NCBI GenBank assembly: GCA_050250895.1
Contig: JBFWNU010000010.1
Location: 64,001-128,000, forward strand
Reading direction: 5' to 3'
DNA from: Vulcanimicrobiota bacterium
GTDB taxonomy: Bacteria; Vulcanimicrobiota; Xenobia; Xenobiales; JADMJV01
DNA length: 64,000 bases
The position numbers and the translations under genes are program-made. Below, piece by piece: positions 1-8,900 of the stretch (position 1 is its first letter; each line of letters starts with the position of its first letter). A model generated the notes under the pieces. That model searched no databases and was not told the origin of the DNA. It saw only the letters and a program-made list of their open reading frames with translations.

Positions 1-465
1 GGGCGATCGGTCAATTTTCCGGCCGGCTTCGACGAGTGCCTGGCTATCGCGGCCACCGACCAAGACAATAACCTGGCCAGCTATAGCGCTCGGGGTCCAG
101 AGGTCGACCTGGCCGGACCCGGCGGCGACCAGCGGCGTCACGGGACGAGCGGGGGGATTCTTCAGAACACCTTGCCACGCGACGGCCAGAACTATCTCTT
201 CTATTCGGGCACCTCGATGGCTACCGCCCATGCCGGCGGGGTGGCCGCGCTGGTGGTCGCCTGTGGCGTAACCGAGCCTGCCCAGGTCGAAAAAGTGCTG
301 CGCGGCAGTACCCGGCCGATCGATGACCCGGATGGCGGGGCCGGACTTCTCGACGCTGGTCGGGCCGTCGCCGCGGCTCGGCAGCAGGTTCGATTGCCCC
401 TCTGGATGGGCTGGTGGATCTGTCTGGGTGTGTATGTCTATCAGCGTCGTCGCTCTAGAGGGTAG
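1..465 (+). CDS. S8 subtilisin-like serine peptidase, C-terminal part (5' end outside window)
   Basis: Frame open from base 1: FPAGFDECLAIAATD...YSARGPEVDLAGPG...SGTSMATAHAGGVAAL (catalytic Ser motif); ends in hydrophobic stretch plus RRRSRG. Confidence 0.88.
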   Translation, partial: GRSVNFPAGFDECLAIAATDQDNNLASYSARGPEVDLAGPGGDQRRHGTSGGILQNTLPRDGQNYLFYSGTSMATAHAGGVAALVVACGVTEPAQVEKVLRGSTRPIDDPDGGAGLLDAGRAVAAARQQVRLPLWMGWWICLGVYVYQRRRSRG

Positions 466-493
466 GCGGTTAGGGGCACGAAGGGCATTGACC

Positions 494-1309
494 ATGCGCT
501 GGGGACTCCTGTTTTGTTTACTGGTTTGTTGGGCCCTTCCGGCTGCGGCCGAATTGGCCGGGCGCAAGGTCGTGCTGGTGGTGACCAGGCACCGGCAAGA
601 CCCCGACATGGTCAAGCTCGAGGAGTATCTTACCAATCTGCGGTCGGACCTCGGGCTGGGCCGGGCTCAGATGCCCCTGGTGTTCATGGGGTTCGAAGAT
701 TCGTCAGCCGAAGCCGGCTATTTTCAGCGTCTGGGCTTTAAGAGTCAGGACGCTCCGGTAATGTGTGTGGCCGAATGGGGTGACCCCGAACGGTTCGGGC
801 CTAAGCGGGTGGTTGACGAAGCCATCATGCGCCGGGTCGAGGCCGACGCAACCGGCGACATCGTGGGGGTGGTTCGCCAATGGCTCGAGATGGAGGGCTA
901 TGCCGACAAGGTCTCGATGTTGCCGGTCACCGGTCCCACTCTCGAGCCCCAGGGCCGCCTGCAGGTCTCTGACCTGCGCTTCGAGGCCAATGGCAAGCCG
1001 TTGTTCTTGCTCAACGCTCGAGTCCGGCTCAAGAATGTCGGCGAACACGCCGTTACCGGGGTGAAGGTCGAGTTTCTATGCCGCACTCGAGGGACCGCCG
1101 GTTGGCGCTCGCTCGGGGTGCAAGAGATCGACCGCATCCCGGGTGGTTATGCTGTGGCCCGTGATCTGGTGGGGGATACCCGCCAGTTGGGTTTGCTGGA
1201 CGCGAATCAGGCTATCCAGCCCTGTGATTATAGAGTACGAGTGGTCTACGGTGATGAGAGCCTCATTGAGGAAGGCAGCTTTCAGCCGCGCGAACTACAG
1301 GACCAGTAA
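494..1309 (+). CDS. Secreted hypothetical protein with possible C-terminal Ig/CARDB-like domain
   Basis: Start reassigned to ATG 494: MRWGLLFCLLVCWALPAAA signal peptide; C-terminal LNARVRLKNVG beta-rich segment. Confidence 0.7.
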   Translation: MRWGLLFCLLVCWALPAAAELAGRKVVLVVTRHRQDPDMVKLEEYLTNLRSDLGLGRAQMPLVFMGFEDSSAEAGYFQRLGFKSQDAPVMCVAEWGDPERFGPKRVVDEAIMRRVEADATGDIVGVVRQWLEMEGYADKVSMLPVTGPTLEPQGRLQVSDLRFEANGKPLFLLNARVRLKNVGEHAVTGVKVEFLCRTRGTAGWRSLGVQEIDRIPGGYAVARDLVGDTRQLGLLDANQAIQPCDYRVRVVYGDESLIEEGSFQPRELQDQ

Positions 1310-1318
1310 GGAAGGCCG

Positions 1319-4300
1319 TTGATGATGGTAGTTGAACCAAGTGGATTTAGCGAGAGACTATTGCTGGTGCTGACCAGTCGGGGTTTGCTCGATAGTGGCC
1401 AAGCCGAAGAGCTGTTAGAGGATTCTCGCAAGCGTCGCATCCTGGTGGAGCAGATTTTGATCGAGCGTCAACTGCTCAACCGCGTGCAACTCACCGACGC
1501 CCTGGCCGAGAGCTATGACCTGCCCCCCTTCCACCTGGGTCGCGCCCCCATCAACCCGCAAGCGGTCGCTCTGGTCCCGGCCGACAAGGCTATCGAGCAC
1601 CAGATCGTGCCGGTCGGTTTCGCTGGCGAGTCGCTGGTGCTGGCATCGTGCCAACCCGGCACGGATTTTGTTCGCTCCTTTCTAGAGGAGTTGACCGGTC
1701 GCAAGATCCGCTACGTGATTTCTGACCGGATTTCGCTGGGCCGAGCTCTGGCTCAATATCCCGGGCGCAAGCCGGCCACCACTCCCGTGGGCCGCGAGAC
1801 CAAGGATATGGTCGGCGACATGCCGATCCCCGAGGACTCTGGAGAGGAAGAAGCCGTCTCCATCTCTCAACCCGAGTGGCAGTCGGCCGAGGAGCCCGAG
1901 CCCGAGGTCGTCCCCGAGCCGGAGTTTGCAGCTGAACCCGAACCCGAGCCCGAACTCGAACTCGAACTCGAACCGATTGCGATGCCCGAGGAAGACTCCG
2001 AAGAGGTCATCGACTGGCCTGTTCGGCCCGTATTGCAAGAGCCTGAAGAGTCCCTTTCGTGGGAGCCGGAACCGTCGGCTGAACCCGAGCCCGACTTGAG
2101 TCTCGGCTCGTGGGAGGTGGATTCGGGCGAAGACCTTGGCGAACACGAGCTCGACCTCTCGTCGCTGGATAGGGATTTCTCGGACATCGACGCGATGCTG
2201 GCCGACGCTCCCGAGCTCGAGACTCCCGCCACCGAGCCCGAGCCTGCCCCCGAGCCGCCTTTCGAGCCCGAACCCGAGGCGGTCGAAGTCGCCAGCGACG
2301 AGCCCGCGTTTGCCGCCCCCAGCCGCCTGCGTCGCGAGAGCGCCTCGGGTCGACCGTTGTCGACACCGGCGGTGACGCTCGACGATTTCGCCCCCGAGCC
2401 GGTGCAGGCGCTGCCTGCCCTCGAGGAGGCGTCGCCCTTGCTGGCCGGTCGCTATGAACTCGGCGGTTCGCTGATGGAGTGTCGTTTCTCGACGCTATTC
2501 CAGGCTACCGACCGCGTGCTCAACCAACCGGTGGTGCTGCGTAAGCTCGAAGGCAGCTTTCCGTTTTTATCGGCTCAGGATGGGCAACAGCCGGTGCATC
2601 GCCAGGCTCGGCTGCAGATTCTACGGGAGGGCCGCACCCTCAATCGGCTACGCCACCGTAATCTGCCCCGAGTGATGGGCACCTTCGAAGCCGGCAACGA
2701 TGTTTATCTGGTGCTCGACGAAATCCGCGGCAAGAGCCTCAGCGAGATGATGGAGGCCAACCCGGGCCCCCTCCCCGTCGAGTTGCTGCGCCGCTACACC
2801 AAGCAACTTCTCGGCGTGCTGCGCTATCTGCACGAGGGAGACCCGCCCATCATTCATCGTGATCTGCGTCCCGACACGGTGCTGGTGACGCCGCACGGTC
2901 TGCTCAAAGTGGGCGAATTCGGGTTGGCCAAGATGCTCGAAGAAGGGGCCAAATCGACCGGCACCGCCTTCCGCTCCCACGGCGACCCCAGTTTCGCTGC
3001 CCCCGAGCAATTGATGGGAGATGCCAGCAACACTCGCAACGACCTCTATTCGGCCGGAACCATCCTTTACTACCTGGCCACCGGGGTCCGGCCTCCCGAT
3101 TCCAAGCAGCGACTTTACAACCAGGCCGCCATGCCGCCCCTGGCCGAGCTTCGGCCCGATTGTCCGCCAGAATTGTCTCAAGTGATCGAGGCTCTGGCCT
3201 GTCCCGATTCCGAAGGCCGCCCCGCCTCGGCTCGCCAGGCTCTCGAGATGCTCGACGATAAACCGCGCGTGACCAGTATGCCCAGCATCCTCATCGAGAT
3301 GGAGGAAGAAGCCGGCGCCATCGCTCCCACCGGCCGGGACGACGAGTTCGTCAACGAGAGCCCGAGTGAGCCCGAAGATGGCGAGGGTGATGATGCTCCC
3401 GAGCGCCGCTCCACCATCAAGAAGTTCTCGATGTGGCGCCTGCTATTCGGCAAGAAGGACGACGAGCATCTTCCCGAAGCGCAAAGCGCCCCGGCGGAGG
3501 CGCACATCGCCACCTTTCCCTTCGTCGACCTCAAGGAGATGCCCATCAGCCGCGAAGTGGGTACCACCCTTTCCGAGGGCCTGTGTCGCACTATCCAGGG
3601 AGTCTGCATCGGAAAGGTCAGCGACCGGGACATTACGGTGGCCTGCAAGGACCCCTCCGACGTCCACATCTATGACAACATCGCCATGTCCACCGGCAAT
3701 GCCTTTCAGACGACCCTGGTGCGGGCCGACAAGGGCATGATCGATCATGCGATCGAGTTCATCTTCCGCAGCGAACACCTCGGAGCCGACTCCAGTTGGG
3801 GTAAGTTCCTCGAGCAAAAGTCGCTCGATAGCGAAGTGCTCGAGACCATGAGTCAGAGCGCTGCCGTCAACTTCGGTGACGAAGCTCTTGAAGGGCCCAT
3901 CGTCGAGGCCGTCGACCGGCTCATCAAAGAGGCGATCTCGGCCGGGGCCAGCGACATTCATCTCGAGCCCTTCGAGACTGGAATGGACGTGCGTTATCGC
4001 ATTGACGGCGTGTTGCGCCAGGTGAATCGATTCTCGCCCAGCGACATGGGCGGGGTGGTCAAGCGTATCAAGGTGCTCGGCAACATGGACATCGCCCAGG
4101 AGCGGATCACTCAGGGCGGCCGCATCTCGCTGCGGGTCGGCACTCGTGAGTTCGACCTGCGCGTGAGTATCGTGCCGGTGCCGGTGGGCGAGAGCGTGGT
4201 CATGCGTGTGCTCAAGAAGGGCGCTTTCACCATGACCCTGAACGATCTCGGTTTTGAGCCGGCTCGCGAGAACAAGTTTCGCGAGATTCTCTCGCAGCCG

Positions 4301-5062
4301 TACGGCATGATCCTGGTCTGCGGTCCCACCGGTTCTGGTAAGAGTACTACGCTCTATGCCAGCCTCAAAGAGATCGCCCGGCCCGACCGCAAGCTGCTTA
4401 CCGTCGAGGACCCCATCGAGTACCAGATGCCAGGTATCATCCAGGTGCAGGTCAACAACGCGCCCAGGGAAGACGAGAAGAAGGTGACCTTCTCGAGGGC
4501 CCTGCGCGAGTTCTTGCGGCAGGACCCGGATGTCATCCTGGTGGGTGAGATTCGTGACCAGGAGACGGCCGAGATCGGTATCCAGGCTGCCCTCACCGGC
4601 CACTTGCTGCTCTCGACCATTCACACCAACGACTCGGTGGGTATCGTGGCCCGCCTGCGCGACATGCAGTGCGAACCGTTCTTGATCGGCTCGGTGCTCT
4701 TGGGCGGTTTGGCCCAACGTCTGGCCCGTCGCATCTGCCCGCACTGCCGCGAAGAGGTGGCCGTGCCGATCGAGTTCGTCGAACTCTTCCACAAGGAAGG
4801 CTACAGCCATCCCAAGATGTTCCGCGGTCGCGGCTGCCGCGATTGCCACCAGACCGGCTCGCGAGGCCGGGTGGGTCTCTATGAGTTGCTTGAGGTGACC
4901 CCCGAGATCCGAGCTTTGATCAACCGCTCGGCCCTCGAGGAAGAGATCCGTCAGGTCGCCCTGGCCCAGGGCTTCAAGCCGCTCTTGAGCGACGGTATCG
5001 AGAAGGTCCAGCGCGGAGAGGTGTCTCTAGAAGAGGTCCTGCGCGTGTGTAAGACGGTCTAG
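1319..5062 (+). CDS. PilB/GspE-family secretion ATPase fused with MshEN/T2SSE_N domain, acidic linker and Ser/Thr pseudokinase domain
   Basis: ASDIHLEP, Walker A GPTGSGKST, TVEDPIEY, LRQDPDVILVGEIRD, TGHLLLSTIHTND, CPHC...CRDC; internal kinase fold HRDLRPD...EFG...APE. Confidence 0.92.
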   Translation: MMMVVEPSGFSERLLLVLTSRGLLDSGQAEELLEDSRKRRILVEQILIERQLLNRVQLTDALAESYDLPPFHLGRAPINPQAVALVPADKAIEHQIVPVGFAGESLVLASCQPGTDFVRSFLEELTGRKIRYVISDRISLGRALAQYPGRKPATTPVGRETKDMVGDMPIPEDSGEEEAVSISQPEWQSAEEPEPEVVPEPEFAAEPEPEPELELELEPIAMPEEDSEEVIDWPVRPVLQEPEESLSWEPEPSAEPEPDLSLGSWEVDSGEDLGEHELDLSSLDRDFSDIDAMLADAPELETPATEPEPAPEPPFEPEPEAVEVASDEPAFAAPSRLRRESASGRPLSTPAVTLDDFAPEPVQALPALEEASPLLAGRYELGGSLMECRFSTLFQATDRVLNQPVVLRKLEGSFPFLSAQDGQQPVHRQARLQILREGRTLNRLRHRNLPRVMGTFEAGNDVYLVLDEIRGKSLSEMMEANPGPLPVELLRRYTKQLLGVLRYLHEGDPPIIHRDLRPDTVLVTPHGLLKVGEFGLAKMLEEGAKSTGTAFRSHGDPSFAAPEQLMGDASNTRNDLYSAGTILYYLATGVRPPDSKQRLYNQAAMPPLAELRPDCPPELSQVIEALACPDSEGRPASARQALEMLDDKPRVTSMPSILIEMEEEAGAIAPTGRDDEFVNESPSEPEDGEGDDAPERRSTIKKFSMWRLLFGKKDDEHLPEAQSAPAEAHIATFPFVDLKEMPISREVGTTLSEGLCRTIQGVCIGKVSDRDITVACKDPSDVHIYDNIAMSTGNAFQTTLVRADKGMIDHAIEFIFRSEHLGADSSWGKFLEQKSLDSEVLETMSQSAAVNFGDEALEGPIVEAVDRLIKEAISAGASDIHLEPFETGMDVRYRIDGVLRQVNRFSPSDMGGVVKRIKVLGNMDIAQERITQGGRISLRVGTREFDLRVSIVPVPVGESVVMRVLKKGAFTMTLNDLGFEPARENKFREILSQPYGMILVCGPTGSGKSTTLYASLKEIARPDRKLLTVEDPIEYQMPGIIQVQVNNAPREDEKKVTFSRALREFLRQDPDVILVGEIRDQETAEIGIQAALTGHLLLSTIHTNDSVGIVARLRDMQCEPFLIGSVLLGGLAQRLARRICPHCREEVAVPIEFVELFHKEGYSHPKMFRGRGCRDCHQTGSRGRVGLYELLEVTPEIRALINRSALEEEIRQVALAQGFKPLLSDGIEKVQRGEVSLEEVLRVCKTV

Positions 5063-6576
5063 CGGCCTTCGAAATAGGCTTGATATTTGGTCCACGAGTA
5101 GCGGGCTACCTGGCGACCCAACTCGAGGCCGGCGCGGTTGTCGGCCTGGATGTGATAGCCTCCCAGGACCCTCGAGATGCCGGCCATTTCGGCCGTTTTC
5201 GAGAAGGTCGGCATGCGCAGGGCCACCTCGCAACTGAGGTCGTCGGCCGCCGCCTGGGCATCGGTCTGCTGGATTTGGGCGCAGGTAAAGCCTTCTTCGG
5301 TCAGGCTGCCAGCGGTGCGTTCGGCTACGAACTGATAGCGGTCGCTACCGGTGAAAAGTTTGAGCATCTCGGCGCAGGCCCCGCTGACGGTACTATGGCC
5401 CGAGGTGTAGCCGGGAAAAGGCGGGGTGACGAAAGTGGCCGGCGAGTAAGGGTGCCACTCCTCGGCCGGGATCTCTTTGACCCCCTGCCCGGGGCCGGCC
5501 CAGCCACGGATCTGCTGGCCTTTGTAGTAGTGACGGATCAGCGTCCAGGGGCGCGAGCTATCATAGTAGCGCTTGGCGTCCCACGAGGCGATGAAAGCAT
5601 CCATGGCGGTGTTGCCCACACAAAAGAACAGCTTCACGTCCTGGTCCAGGTTATGATGGTCGCGGCGCGACACATCCTGAGCAAAGCGTAGCCAATGACC
5701 CGACTGGGCGGTCGACCGCGGCCCGTCGCGCATGAATTCGACCAGAGCCTTCTCTTCGACGGTAAGATTGGCGTTCATGTGGATGCATTCGTCCACCTCG
5801 CGCTTGAGCTCATCAGAGCCCACTCGGGGCGGCGGTCCGGGGCGAAACTGATCGGCCCGTTCGAGGGCCAGCGGGCGGACCCGATACCAGTGGGGCGTGA
5901 GAAAGCCGGGATAGAAATAGCCGCCTTTACCGTCGGAGAAGGGTAGCGGCTGCCAGCAATCGGGGTCGAGGATGCGGTCGGTGGGATTGACCGGCCGGTA
6001 CATGGTGTAGTCTGAATACGGCTTGCCGTTGCTGCCCAGCTCGTCGCCCAGCTGGTTGGCGCCGTCATGGTGGCGGTAATCCAGCACCGCCAGGGCGGCT
6101 CGGTTGCCAATTCCTACCGGTGTCGCCGGGTCGAGGTCGGCGTCGTCGGGGTCGAACCCGCGCTCGACCATCTGGCTACGGATGTAATCAGAGGAAGAGG
6201 GAAACTGATCGAGCAGGGTCCGATAGGTCGCATAGGCGATGGCCCTCTCCTTGTTGGCCTGGGTGCGCTCGAGCGAGGGACGCCGCAGGGTCGGGTCAAG
6301 CCGGGTGGGTCTGGCTCTCTCGTCATAGAGCGCCCAGGCGTCGTAGGCTGCCGTCAGAGGAATGGCCATCTGGCGGGACAGGATGGTGGGACGGGCGCCG
6401 AAACGCTCGACATCCCGGGCCGACACCTCGAGGATGGTGTCGAGCCACAGATAAGCCGCCGACACCCGGGACTTGTCGATCCGGCCCGGAGAGTGCTTTT
6501 GAAAGGGCGAAGCGGGCGCTGCCCCGACCGGAGTCAGCAGACCCAGCAACAAGCCCAGTAGTAAGAAACGGTCCAT
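5059..6576 (-). CDS. Secreted vanadium-dependent haloperoxidase (PAP2 superfamily)
   Basis: Start MDRFLLLGLLLGLL (signal peptide); motifs KRYYDSSRP, PPFPGYTSGHS, SRVLGGYHIQAD. Confidence 0.88.
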   Translation of the reverse strand: MDRFLLLGLLLGLLTPVGAAPASPFQKHSPGRIDKSRVSAAYLWLDTILEVSARDVERFGARPTILSRQMAIPLTAAYDAWALYDERARPTRLDPTLRRPSLERTQANKERAIAYATYRTLLDQFPSSSDYIRSQMVERGFDPDDADLDPATPVGIGNRAALAVLDYRHHDGANQLGDELGSNGKPYSDYTMYRPVNPTDRILDPDCWQPLPFSDGKGGYFYPGFLTPHWYRVRPLALERADQFRPGPPPRVGSDELKREVDECIHMNANLTVEEKALVEFMRDGPRSTAQSGHWLRFAQDVSRRDHHNLDQDVKLFFCVGNTAMDAFIASWDAKRYYDSSRPWTLIRHYYKGQQIRGWAGPGQGVKEIPAEEWHPYSPATFVTPPFPGYTSGHSTVSGACAEMLKLFTGSDRYQFVAERTAGSLTEEGFTCAQIQQTDAQAAADDLSCEVALRMPTFSKTAEMAGISRVLGGYHIQADNRAGLELGRQVARYSWTKYQAYFEGR

Positions 6577-6639
6577 CACACGACCCCCTTGAGCAGGCTC
6601 TTTCTTGATCTTGGGCCAAAATTCTTGTAAGACCGTCTC

Positions 6640-7395
6640 ATGACTCAGTTTTGCGACCACTTCGGGGGGCACGCAGCCGACTATCTTCGCTTTCGGCCGG
6701 GTTACCCGACCGATCTCCTCGACCAGCTGGCCGACCTGGCACCCCACCACCGGCTAGCCTGGGACTGCGGGACAGGCAGCGGTCAGCTAGCGCGGGCCCT
6801 GGCCCGGTCCTTTCGGGCTGTCTGGGCCAGTGATGCTAGCGCCGCCCAGATCGACGCGGCCCCGTCCCACCCGGGGGTTAGCTATCATTGGGGACCGGCC
6901 CATCAGAGCGGCCTCGAAGCCGGCTCGGTGGCCCTGGTGACGGCGGCCGCCGCCGTTCACTGGTTCGACATTCCGGCCTTCTACGCCGAAGTGCGGCGGG
7001 TGCTCTCGCCCGGGGGGGTGTTGGCCGTTTTCACCTACGCCCCCGATTTGCTCGAGCCCGCCGCCAGCGGCCGCGTGATCCATCAGCTGTCCGAGGGCCT
7101 GTTGGCTCAAGATTGGCCGGAAGGGTTCGACTGGGTGCGAGGCGGCTACCGCGAGCTGCCCTTTCCCTTCGACGAAATCGAGCTGGCTCCGATGGACCTG
7201 CATCTCGACTGGACCCTCGACGACCTGCTGGGTTGGATCTCGACCTGGTCGGGCATCCATCGCTATCGAGTTCGGACCGGTCACGAGCCGATGCAGGGCT
7301 TGCGGGACCGGCTGCTCGCGACCTGGCCCCGGGCCGACGGCGCCGTGACGCCCGTCGTGTTGCCCCTCTACTGGCGGGTGGGGCGACAGACCTAG
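6640..7395 (+). CDS. Class I SAM-dependent methyltransferase
   Basis: YLRFRPGYP, AWDCGTGSGQ motif I, AAAVHWFD, RVLSPGG. Confidence 0.9.
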   Translation: MTQFCDHFGGHAADYLRFRPGYPTDLLDQLADLAPHHRLAWDCGTGSGQLARALARSFRAVWASDASAAQIDAAPSHPGVSYHWGPAHQSGLEAGSVALVTAAAAVHWFDIPAFYAEVRRVLSPGGVLAVFTYAPDLLEPAASGRVIHQLSEGLLAQDWPEGFDWVRGGYRELPFPFDEIELAPMDLHLDWTLDDLLGWISTWSGIHRYRVRTGHEPMQGLRDRLLATWPRADGAVTPVVLPLYWRVGRQT

Positions 7396-8801
7396 TAGCC
7401 GCGATTTTTCTTGCTCTTGAGCAAGCTCAAGAGGGCGTCGTCTTCGTTGGGAATGTGCTTTTGGACCAGGGCCTCGAGTTCGCAGATTCGCTGCACGTTG
7501 CTGCGGTGCTGAGTCTCGGCGGCCCGCACCTGCGCCTGAGCCATCTCCAATGAGCGCTTGGCGTCAAAAAGCTGGGACTCGAGGTCTTTGGCGCGCTTTT
7601 CGTGATAGGTGACTTTGCCCTCGACCCCCTCCATCAAGGCGGCCGCCTCGCGGCGCCGGGTCTCTTCGTCGGCCTTCATTCGCTCGGCCGCCGTCAGGGC
7701 CAGTTTGGCGTGCTCCATGCGCTCATCGGCTTTGGCCGCGTGGGACTCGGCCACCCGCACCCGCTCGTCTGCCTCGCGTTTGACCTTGCTCACTTCCTGA
7801 CGGGAGCGGTCCACCATCTTCTCCATCTTGTCGATGAGGCGCTCGGTCACCTGGCGTGACTCTTCCATCTCTTCGGCAGCCAGCTCGAGGGCCGAGACCC
7901 GTGCCCGAACGCTCTTGAGTTCGGTCTCGACCTTGGCCAACTGGGCACGGGAGGCACGTTCGGCTTCGCGAGCCAGCTCGGCGTCCTCTTCGGCCTCAGA
8001 GCAGCGGGCCTCGGCCTCTTCAAGAAACTCTTCGATCTCGCCGGCTCGGGCGCTAGCCTCTTGGGCCCGCTCGAGGGCCTCCTTGAGGCGGCCTTCATAC
8101 CCTTCGATTCTGGCTTCGGACTGCTCGGCCCGGGCGATCGCTTCGAAGATTCTCTCCTCAGCCTTCTCCGAGCGCGTTACGGCTTTCTCGGCCAGGTTTT
8201 CGGCCTGCCGGGTTCGGGCCAGCGCCTGCTCGACCCGGGCTTCCGCCGCTTCCGCCTGGGCCAGGGCGGCCTGCACCAATTCTTGCTGGCTGTCGGCCTC
8301 TTCGAGCCTGGCTTCGGCCTGTTGGGCGCGGGCATCGGCTTTGGCCGCGCGCTGGCGCATCTTTTCCAGCTCGTGCTCGAGTTCGCTCAGTCTCTTTGCC
8401 TGCTCGGGGCTGGCTTCGACGACGGCAGTCACCCCTTCTTCGCGAAACCATAGAGTGGCCGGCTCATCGCGCCAGGTCATGGCTTGGCGGTGAGACTCGA
8501 GCAAGGCCTTGAACTCATCGGGCAAAGGCAGACCCAACAGCTTCTTCTCTTCGCAGTCGAGCAACTTCAGGGCGGGTTCGTTGACAAAGAGCACGCAGCC
8601 ATCAGCGTCGGCCACCAGGGTGGGTCGCATCCAGGCGTTGACCAGCACCGCCATGTCGGCGGCCAGGGGTCGGGCCACCTTCTTGGGTTTGACCCGGGCC
8701 GCCTTACTCTTGGTGGTTTTCTTGGCAGCCGGTTTGGCCGTAGTCGCTTCGGTGGATTTGGTCTTGCGCTTGGCAGTAGTGGTCTTTGCTTTCTTGGCCA
8801 T
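7392..8801 (-). CDS. Lys/Ala-rich N-terminal tail + PAS-like domain + long coiled-coil protein
   Basis: MAKKAKTTTAKRKTK... tail; LVADADGCVLFVNEPALKLL PAS-like start; about 300 aa of E/A/R heptad-like sequence. Confidence 0.7.
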   Translation of the reverse strand: MAKKAKTTTAKRKTKSTEATTAKPAAKKTTKSKAARVKPKKVARPLAADMAVLVNAWMRPTLVADADGCVLFVNEPALKLLDCEEKKLLGLPLPDEFKALLESHRQAMTWRDEPATLWFREEGVTAVVEASPEQAKRLSELEHELEKMRQRAAKADARAQQAEARLEEADSQQELVQAALAQAEAAEARVEQALARTRQAENLAEKAVTRSEKAEERIFEAIARAEQSEARIEGYEGRLKEALERAQEASARAGEIEEFLEEAEARCSEAEEDAELAREAERASRAQLAKVETELKSVRARVSALELAAEEMEESRQVTERLIDKMEKMVDRSRQEVSKVKREADERVRVAESHAAKADERMEHAKLALTAAERMKADEETRRREAAALMEGVEGKVTYHEKRAKDLESQLFDAKRSLEMAQAQVRAAETQHRSNVQRICELEALVQKHIPNEDDALLSLLKSKKNRGY

Positions 8802-8900
8802 GAAACACCCTCTCCCTGGAGAGAAAAAATTCGGTCTTTCAGGGTGGGGCGCCTGCCTCGGCGCCAGGCCAAATCGCCTTCGAACGTCGGTTCGGGGTCG

